UHGV virus genome: UHGV-2002320
Length of the DNA stretch: 13,111 nucleotides
Reading direction: 5' to 3' (one strand)
From: a virus
The notes under the pieces are model-generated. The model had not been told where the DNA came from. It did not search any database and saw nothing but the letters and a program-made list of their open reading frames with translations. The position numbers and the translations under genes are program-made. Below are positions 1-6,212 of this stretch, piece by piece (the stretch's first letter is position 1; each line of letters starts with the position of its first letter).

Positions 1-84
1 TATTTCCCACAGCGTCGCAATATTGCACCAAAGCTCCGCGCCCTGATTGACTACGTCAAAGAATGGCGGCAGCAATTGGTTTAA
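1..84 (+). CDS. 3' end of a flanking host gene (C-terminal fragment; the tail ...PKLRALIDYVKEWRQQLV* loosely resembles a LysR-type regulator C-terminus)
   Basis: Open frame 1 runs from the window edge to TAA at 82..84. It lies outside the direct repeats that bound the inserted element. The family guess rests on a short C-terminal motif only. Confidence 0.3.
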   Translation, partial: YFPQRRNIAPKLRALIDYVKEWRQQLV

Positions 85-209
85 ATAGCTGCACCTGCAC
101 TGCCTGATGTCAGAACAGTATTTTGATGAATTGCCAAGGTTACAATGGCACAAATGCGGCACAGGAGGAAACGTGGTGTATTTAAATATGGGGTAACTCT
201 TTGATTTTA

Positions 210-228
210 ATGGTGCCGATAATAGGAG
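210..228. repeat. attR-like core: 19-bp direct repeat of the tRNA-Thr 3' end (ATGGTGCCGATAATAGGAG)
   Basis: Exact match to 13035..13053, which covers the last 18 nt of the tRNA plus 1 nt. Flanking bases differ on both sides (209 vs 13034, 229 vs 13054), so the repeat is sharply delimited. Confidence 0.75.
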
Positions 229-417
229 CAAAACAACATCGTAACCACCTGTATTTTATGGAAGTAATAAAATAAATTTGAAAAATGCCCCCATAAGTGC
301 CCCCTATCTCCACCACGAAGAGGATTCATAAATATTTATAATTTCAGGATACGTTAAACACTTCCCTAATTTTAATTACACCCTCACATTAGAAAATTTA
401 CGATATAATTATGATAA

Positions 418-450
418 CACCAGTCATATTATCATGACTGGTGCTTTTGG
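418..450. terminator. Stem-loop immediately downstream of the protease gene stop; possible bidirectional intrinsic terminator
   Basis: Perfect 10-bp inverted repeat CACCAGTCAT (418..427) / ATGACTGGTG (434..443) with a 6-nt loop. Followed by CTTTTGG on the + strand and by an AT-rich run on the - strand. The protease stop codon is at 451..453. Confidence 0.4.
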
Positions 451-2895
451 TTAAATTTCAATAACATTCTCTATTTCTGTGTCAATTTTTAATAACTGAC
501 TAATTTCATTGTGAACTTCTAGATTATTTTCTTTAGTTTCAATAGAGATAATCAAACTAAATCTTGCAATACTAGATTGCCTATTTTCTTTTTTTAGCTC
601 CTTCCACCATCCACTCACAGGATAAATGGCTATGAACTTTTTGTCAGCTAATTCTAATGCTGTTCCGCTCCAAATGTCGCTATGAATAGACCCTCTATTC
701 CTTAGGGTTGGTCCTAATAACCATTTATTAGCATCACTTTCTCCAGCATCAAACTCTTGGTTTTCTTCTTTAAACTTTTTATTTATTCTTGAAACAAATT
801 CTCCGGACTCTTCACCAGGGCTATTAAAATCAAATCTTAAACCGAAAGATCCATATTTATATTTATTATCCCAACCTCTTTCGCCTGGATTAGGCTCTAC
901 AAAATAAGATAACGTTACTCTTAACTTTACGTCCTCTCCACCAATTTTTTCTAATTCAGAGGAAGGCCATGGTAATGAATAAAGAATCATCTTGTTTAAC
1001 TTGCCTTCAACTGTGTAGGGCTGTATTGAATCTTCGACTATTAAATTAACAGATTGATCACCGCTTGAAATTGCTTTTGCTAAATTAGGGAAACCATAAC
1101 CTGACATTCTTAAAAGAAATTCCACATTCTGCTTTGTACGTAAAGGCTCATGTCTTTCGAGGATTTTCTTTGGCCAGGATGCGCTATGGACAACTAAAGC
1201 TCGGATTGTTTCAGGCCAATAATTTGGATACTGACTCCATAGTTTAGAGATGAAAAAAGCAGCCATACCTGTTGCAGCGCTTGTCTCAGAGAAACTACTA
1301 AAATACTCCCCTTTAGTGAATTCATGAGAAAGTGTTAATAAGCTAAGCTCTTCTAAATTAGCAGAAAAGTTGAGATGTGAATCATAACCAAAATTCCCTC
1401 CTTCAAAAACGACATCCGGCTTAAAAGGTGAATTATTTTTCCATATCCTAGATGTTGTAGATGATGGCCCTAAATCAGTTAGTTCAGCAATAACATCATA
1501 ACCATCTGTTATAACGTTATCTTCACTTGCCCAATATCCAACTGTTAGAGCATTATATGAATTAGCGGGATCTTCAATTGAATAAGTTATATTTGCATCC
1601 GGATAATCAGAAATTAGATTAGGAGGAAGATTGCCTGCAGATAATATAAATAATCTTTTCTCTGGATCGTCAGGACTACCTGAAGCAAGTCTGTCGATTG
1701 CTGCGGACCAACTAGTAGGCATCCCTCTTAAAGTATTTGGAGAGGACACTGCCATCGTAAATATCCGACGTTCTGAGGGTTGTTTGGCTTCTATATTGTA
1801 TATAGCATCAGTGGTAATAGCGCCATAAAGTTGAGGTTCATTTACACCAGTATCAGGTAAAATTTTAGCTGACTCAATAACTCCACTTATCGGCAATTCT
1901 TTAGACTGTATCGCGAATTTAAGATCACCAAATAATGCCAATCCAGCAATACCGGTTCCATGACCTTTTAAATCGCTATTCGCCCACTGAGGTTCGGCTA
2001 CAACTAGTGCATTTTCATTTACAAATGTATTAAGCAGTGGGTGCTGAGAGTTAATACCTGTATCAAGTATGCAAATAGGAATTAATGTATTTAGTTTTCT
2101 ATAAGTTATACCATTAACCCACTGAAAAGCTTCAGCTGGTTTCAAATCAAGAAAATCTACACTCACAGCTTTCGAGGGCCGAACTTCCGAAATAATCTCC
2201 GTCATCTGTTGAAGCAGCATTAACTGATGCATAGAAGCACAGACTATTTTTACAACTCTATCTTTAAAACTAAGTGTGCCTTGTTTAACTGTTATACCCA
2301 ACTGACCACATAGTTGTTCAAATTTATTCAGAAGTATTTCTAGTTCTATATCACTTGAGTCCAGCCATAACTCAAGATCATGTATTTTATAAATATCTTC
2401 AGGGAACTCATCCTGACTAAACCATAAAGCCCGAAAATTGCCATATTCTATATTAGATATGGATTCTATAAATGGTTGATTCTTCGGGTTACCTTTTTTT
2501 GTATTCTCAGTAGCATATTCTTGCAGAATCTTTTCAAGTTTAGAAAAACCGTCTACGGGCACAGAAACGTTTGCCATTGTCATACCATCTATAGTATTAA
2601 CAGACATTATTTTCATCCCATTTGCATCTAAACTTTTTAAAACCATTCGTTCTTTAATTTCTGGATTTTCTTGAAAAGTCATTACTACCTTTTGAGGTTC
2701 ATTCCCTTTTCCTAATAACATCTCCACTGTTTTTTTTCTTTCATTATATATATTTATAGCAGATTCTAAACTATGCCTCACTTTTGCAAAATGGGCATTT
2801 CTGTTAACAGGACTTTTACCCTTTTTCGGGCCCCCTGTAACTGGTTTATAGTCAATAAGCTTCTGTGGTAAGTCGATTTTAATGTGAGCCTTCAT
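451..2895 (-). CDS. Subtilisin-like (S8 family) serine protease, 814 aa, with long N- and C-terminal extensions
   Basis: Catalytic motifs in canonical Asp-His-Asn-Ser order: ICILDTGI (Asp278, codon 2062..2064), GHGTGIAG (His312, 1960..1962), ILSAGN (oxyanion Asn422), SETSAATGMAAF (Ser539, codon 1279..1281). About 270 aa precede the Asp motif and about 270 aa follow the Ser motif. Start lies 18 bp after the ATPase stop with an AGGGA ribosome-binding site. Markedly AT-rich compared with the element core. Confidence 0.85.
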   Translation of the reverse strand: MKAHIKIDLPQKLIDYKPVTGGPKKGKSPVNRNAHFAKVRHSLESAINIYNERKKTVEMLLGKGNEPQKVVMTFQENPEIKERMVLKSLDANGMKIMSVNTIDGMTMANVSVPVDGFSKLEKILQEYATENTKKGNPKNQPFIESISNIEYGNFRALWFSQDEFPEDIYKIHDLELWLDSSDIELEILLNKFEQLCGQLGITVKQGTLSFKDRVVKIVCASMHQLMLLQQMTEIISEVRPSKAVSVDFLDLKPAEAFQWVNGITYRKLNTLIPICILDTGINSQHPLLNTFVNENALVVAEPQWANSDLKGHGTGIAGLALFGDLKFAIQSKELPISGVIESAKILPDTGVNEPQLYGAITTDAIYNIEAKQPSERRIFTMAVSSPNTLRGMPTSWSAAIDRLASGSPDDPEKRLFILSAGNLPPNLISDYPDANITYSIEDPANSYNALTVGYWASEDNVITDGYDVIAELTDLGPSSTTSRIWKNNSPFKPDVVFEGGNFGYDSHLNFSANLEELSLLTLSHEFTKGEYFSSFSETSAATGMAAFFISKLWSQYPNYWPETIRALVVHSASWPKKILERHEPLRTKQNVEFLLRMSGYGFPNLAKAISSGDQSVNLIVEDSIQPYTVEGKLNKMILYSLPWPSSELEKIGGEDVKLRVTLSYFVEPNPGERGWDNKYKYGSFGLRFDFNSPGEESGEFVSRINKKFKEENQEFDAGESDANKWLLGPTLRNRGSIHSDIWSGTALELADKKFIAIYPVSGWWKELKKENRQSSIARFSLIISIETKENNLEVHNEISQLLKIDTEIENVIEI

Positions 2896-2913
2896 AATCC
2901 AGTCCCTATGTAA

Positions 2914-3897
2914 TTATTTATATGCTTTTCTCTCTTCTAAAACCTTTTGAAGGTCTATTTGATCTATTTTCTTTAAATTATTGATAATAGCAAATTTTAT
3001 CGCATCATCACAACTTTTTGAAACCTCTGAATAACTTAGCCCCTCAGCGCTACTCAACAAACTCCCCCACTCTTTTACGTTTAATTCAAAAGAATGATAT
3101 TTTGACTTAATTAATTCAATTAAGTTATCTTTTTCAGGCAAAGAATATTCGATCACATCATCAAACCTACGATATAAAGCACTATCCAGGATTTCTTTAT
3201 GATTCGTCGCACTAATAATCAAACTATCAGAATGATGCTCATCTAATAATTGTAAAAAAGTATTTAAAACACGGCGAATCTCACCTACATCATTATGCAT
3301 GCTTCTTTTTGAACCTATTGTATCGAACTCGTCGAACAAATAGACCCCTCTATTCATATTGATATATTCAAAAATACTTCGTAGTTTAGACGATGTTTCT
3401 CCCATAAATTTCGTTATAAGAGAATCCATTCTTACAGTAAAAAGAGGGAAATGTAATTCATGAGCAACAACGCTTGCCGTTAAAGTTTTACCAGTGCCTG
3501 GTGGACCATATAGTAGTAAATGTCTTCTAGGGACAAGACCATACTGTCTAATTTTAGATGCATTTTTATTCTCTTCTAAAAAACGCAATATCTTACTCCT
3601 GACGTCATTTGAAAGAATGACATCTGAAATTTTATTAGTCGGATGAGAAACAGTAAAAAGATCATTAGAGGAATGATTTATTACAGCAGTACTCGACGAA
3701 AGTACTCGAGGGTAATTGTTCCCTTCGTTAGCTTGTAACTTAGCCTTTTCTACAAGCAATCTCAACTCATCGGCGAATTTTCCATGACCTATCTTTGCTT
3801 CATGAGCAGCAATCTGTAGTACTACAGTCAAAAACTTGCGATCATCGCGTGCGATAAAATTTTTTACTAACGCTTTTAGTTGGTTTGCACTAGCCAT
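2914..3897 (-). CDS. AAA+ ATPase of the classic AAA clade, 327 aa
   Basis: Walker A GPPGTGKT (3484..3507), Walker B VYLFDEFD, sensor-1 ISATN, arginine-finger region SALYRRF. About 120 aa N-domain precedes the ATPase core. AGGA ribosome-binding site 8 nt upstream of the ATG. First gene of a two-gene operon with the protease. Confidence 0.9.
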   Translation of the reverse strand: MASANQLKALVKNFIARDDRKFLTVVLQIAAHEAKIGHGKFADELRLLVEKAKLQANEGNNYPRVLSSSTAVINHSSNDLFTVSHPTNKISDVILSNDVRSKILRFLEENKNASKIRQYGLVPRRHLLLYGPPGTGKTLTASVVAHELHFPLFTVRMDSLITKFMGETSSKLRSIFEYINMNRGVYLFDEFDTIGSKRSMHNDVGEIRRVLNTFLQLLDEHHSDSLIISATNHKEILDSALYRRFDDVIEYSLPEKDNLIELIKSKYHSFELNVKEWGSLLSSAEGLSYSEVSKSCDDAIKFAIINNLKKIDQIDLQKVLEERKAYK

Positions 3898-3948
3898 GAT
3901 TTAGTCCTGGTTTAAAGGCATTTAAAATCGTTTGAAAAGCCCCTCATG

Positions 3949-3974
3949 ATCATATCATTACAGACTTACTTCAA
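3949..3974 (-). promoter_or_regulatory. Candidate sigma70 promoter for the ATPase-protease operon
   Basis: On the minus strand: TTGAAG (-35, + coords 3969..3974) and extended -10 TGaTATGAT (+ coords 3949..3957), about 50 bp upstream of the ATPase ATG. The 14-nt spacer is short, so this is a weak prediction. Confidence 0.25.
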
Positions 3975-4197
3975 TCCAGAAAGCAGCATCGAGCAATTAA
4001 ACAAAATTAGTCAGCGTGCGCAGCCCCGCACGCCTGCCTGCTTCGCTTAACAGACTGGTTTTCATGCATGCCATAAATCGTCTCAGAAGCCACCAAACAA
4101 GGGCTTTCTCGTCAAAAATGGTGCATAAGACTCATGCGTTTTCATGCGCCATAGACATGCACTCATGCGCTCTCAGGCCAGCCAGGGAAAAGGTGTT

Positions 4198-4223
4198 AAA
4201 AATCCCGGTACTCGACCGGGATT
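4198..4223 (-). terminator. Intrinsic terminator downstream of the late (sid/psu/ogr-like) operon
   Basis: 9-bp perfect inverted repeat AATCCCGGT (4201..4209) / ACCGGGATT (4215..4223) with a 5-nt loop. On the minus strand the stem is followed by TTTTTAAC. It sits 20 bp after the Ogr-like stop at 4243. Confidence 0.45.
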
Positions 4224-4242
4224 ACTTGGGCGTTTTTTCTAA

Positions 4243-4524
4243 TCAGACAGGAATCTGCTGACGGCTTGACAGTTTTGACGCGGAGCCATAGCGATTGAGC
4301 GTTTGCTGTTGTTTTACCGGGGTTTGTGATTTGTCTGGTTCCTGTTCATTGCGCCGGGGTTTCATGATTATCTTATCCACACTCTCCAGTGCCGTAAATG
4401 TGCAGGAACATTCCAGATTCTGGCACTGATACCACGAGCGTTTAACTGACGGAGCTTCATAGGCTGCTGTTCTGGCGTGTGCAACTGTACCGCATTCCGG
4501 ACATTTAAGTGCCATTAATATCAC
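4243..4524 (-). CDS. Ogr/Delta-family zinc-finger late transcription activator, 93 aa
   Basis: CPECGTVAHARTAAY...YQCQNLECSCTF matches the Cys-x2-Cys...Cys-x4-Cys signature and surrounding residues of P2 Ogr / P4 Delta (AHART, QCQN, ESV..I.KP). Overlaps the preceding gene by 4 bp (ATGA). Confidence 0.8.
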   Translation of the reverse strand: MILMALKCPECGTVAHARTAAYEAPSVKRSWYQCQNLECSCTFTALESVDKIIMKPRRNEQEPDKSQTPVKQQQTLNRYGSASKLSSRQQIPV

Positions 4525-5072
4525 TCCTGTATATCGTTAATGTCATTCAGGCGTTGCTGAAAACGCAGATGTTGTGCCGGGGTGTAAGAACCCTGGCAAT
4601 CACGAATCATCCCGGGGTCAGGCATCAAACCGGATTCATCCAGGATCTCACGATAATCCCCGGCAATTTCAGGCGGTGTTATTGCCAGCTGGCGAACCAG
4701 AGCACTGCGTAATATACGGGACGCAACGTCAACCCCTCCGCGCCCCTTCAGGAACGGAGCCAGTGCAGATGTCAGGGCTGCCCCATTCGCCTGCATAAAA
4801 TTGCTGAGAGCGGCTTCTGTGCAGGCCTCCATCAGTAAATGCTGCGCGTAAATGCATTCGCGCGCAGCACAGTTAATTTGCCATTTCAGCACATCCAGAC
4901 GTTCCCGCAGTAATTCGAGCTGTCGGGCATAATCTGCTGGTTTTTCTGTGGCAGCGAGGAGAGATGTTATCTGTTGTTCAACGGCTTTTCGGCTCTCACT
5001 ATGTCCGGCCCACAGAATACGGGCATTCCGAAAACTGGTAAGTGCCTGGTCAGGCGTGCCTCGGGCCGTCAT
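4521..5072 (-). CDS. psu: Psu-like protein (polarity suppression / capsid decoration family), 183 aa
   Basis: Size and operon position match P4 Psu. Recognisable similarity to remembered P4 Psu segments (L..LR....V.KWQ.N.AA; G.AL..ALAP.L; TPAQ). Start overlaps the upstream gene stop by 4 bp. Confidence 0.6.
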   Translation of the reverse strand: MTARGTPDQALTSFRNARILWAGHSESRKAVEQQITSLLAATEKPADYARQLELLRERLDVLKWQINCAARECIYAQHLLMEACTEAALSNFMQANGAALTSALAPFLKGRGGVDVASRILRSALVRQLAITPPEIAGDYREILDESGLMPDPGMIRDCQGSYTPAQHLRFQQRLNDINDIQE

Positions 5073-5812
5073 ACTGCTTTCTCCTTCTCAGCGAGTTCCT
5101 GACGAACCTTAATTTTATGCATAGCTGCCGGAGAGAGTTGATTACTGAAATCCAGACGCGCCGCATAATCCGGGGCAACTCCCGCCAGTTTAAACACCGG
5201 GTCCTGCTCAGGCATCGCATCGTTAGCCAGAGCCGGTCTGGTGATATGTTTATGAATAAAGTCTTTCAGCACTGTGTCCGGGTCATTAACTGAATTCACC
5301 ACACCCACAACGGCACTGGCTTCCCGGCCCATTGTGGATTTAAGCAGGCTCAGCGTCTGAATAAGCGCTTTTCCATGCGACTGCATAAAATCTTCCCAGA
5401 TTTGTTTTGCGCGAATATCCACAAGAATATTATGCGCGTGGATATACTTTCCGGCTAATTCTGCAGCTTTCTGCGGCAAAAGTGCATTTTCGCTTTCCTG
5501 AGCCGCCAGCAGCTCATCAAAATCCTCAAGCGTTTCTCGTCCCAGCGCAATTTCCGTGCGCAGTTTTTTCATTTCCTTTGAGACCACGCCCTGACTTTCA
5601 CGAAACAGCGTGCGCCACTCCTCATTCAGTGTGTTCGTCGTGGCTTCCATTTCAGCGCGACGCTGGCGGATTGTCGCAATATTATCCGCTGCCGCTTTCT
5701 GCTGACGACGTGCTTCAAGCCATGCGTTTCTGGCTGTGTTCATGGTTTCCAGTGCCCGCTGCGTTACAGCCGGAAAAGTGGAAAGGTTGTTATTCACTGC
5801 GGTGTTGTTCAT
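5069..5812 (-). CDS. Sid-like (capsid size determination / external scaffold) or Psu-family paralog, 247 aa
   Basis: Size is close to P4 Sid (244 aa) and it is the first gene of the late operon, preceded by TGT-N12-ACA dyads. Strong ribosome-binding site (AGGAG, 5-nt spacing). The assignment rests on position and size, not on motifs. Confidence 0.45.
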   Translation of the reverse strand: MNNTAVNNNLSTFPAVTQRALETMNTARNAWLEARRQQKAAADNIATIRQRRAEMEATTNTLNEEWRTLFRESQGVVSKEMKKLRTEIALGRETLEDFDELLAAQESENALLPQKAAELAGKYIHAHNILVDIRAKQIWEDFMQSHGKALIQTLSLLKSTMGREASAVVGVVNSVNDPDTVLKDFIHKHITRPALANDAMPEQDPVFKLAGVAPDYAARLDFSNQLSPAAMHKIKVRQELAEKEKAV

Positions 5813-5846
5813 GACTTCTCCTGTCGGGTTGGTTCGTTACGTCAAT

Positions 5847-5902
5847 TGTGTCGTGGCTGACACAAGCACACTATCGGTGATCAGTGTGTGGTGGCTGGCA
5901 CA
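5847..5902 (-). promoter_or_regulatory. P2/P4-type late promoter region with two TGT-N12-ACA dyads (Ogr/Delta binding-site consensus)
   Basis: TGTGTCgtggctGACACA at 5847..5864 (perfect 6-bp inverted arms) and TGTgtggtggctggcACA at 5885..5902. Both fit TGT-N12-ACA and resemble each other. The second is centred about 80 bp upstream of the sid-like ATG. Confidence 0.5.
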
Positions 5903-5989
5903 ACGGGCGCTTGCGGTTATTCAGACGTGGCTATGAAAGCCAGCCAGATAAAAATGCCCTCTGTTTCAGTCTGCTTTATGTCCCTGATG

Positions 5990-6180
5990 CGGTGGAACAG
6001 GTGAAACATGTGTTACAGCTTTGTTTTATAAGACATTTATATACACTGCACCGGTGGAACATCGCGGGTAACAAGGTGGAACAGCGGATTGGCTGGCGTT
6101 ACATCTGTTCCACCTCACTATTTCAGAAGGTGGAACAGGTTCAGCCCTGTAAAATACGGTTGTTCCACCTGTTTCACCTG
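5990..6180. repeat. Iteron cluster: at least 6 copies of GGTGGAACA / TGTTCCACC plus 2 variant copies, in both orientations; candidate replication origin / crr-like primase-binding region
   Basis: GGTGGAACA at 5991, 6053, 6075, 6129; reverse complement TGTTCCACC at 6106 and 6161; variants GGTGAAACA at 6000 and TGTTTCACC at 6170. The motif is one base longer than the P4 type I iteron TGTTCACC as I recall it. Located directly downstream of the primase gene, as crr is in P4. Confidence 0.65.
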
Positions 6181-6212
6181 TTACCCTTAATAAATAAGAC
6201 TCACGCAAAGCC

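Noticed and set aside
1631-1828. 65-aa + strand ORF inside the protease gene
   Set aside because: Entirely antisense to the protease region encoding the oxyanion-hole motif; no start signal; most likely a chance ORF.
4014-4045. Confident annotation of a cos packaging site at the GC-rich dyad
   Set aside because: Only partial resemblance to the P2/P4 cos sequence as I recall it. Location is suggestive, but the evidence is too weak for a feature call, so it is reported only as a finding to test.
4016-4261. 81-aa + strand ORF in the intergenic region between the late operon and the ATPase gene
   Set aside because: It spans the terminator hairpin and the repeat-rich control region and has a low-complexity, Arg/Ser/His-rich translation. 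More likely regulatory DNA than coding.
4509-5814. + strand ORFs of 67-135 aa antisense to the psu-like and sid-like genes
   Set aside because: They overlap well-supported minus-strand genes that have ribosome-binding sites and 4-bp coupled junctions; no independent support.
5990-6180. Possible CRISPR array, considered because of the clustered short repeats
   Set aside because: Repeats are only 9-10 bp, occur in both orientations with irregular spacing, and there is no leader or cas context. This fits iterons, not CRISPR.
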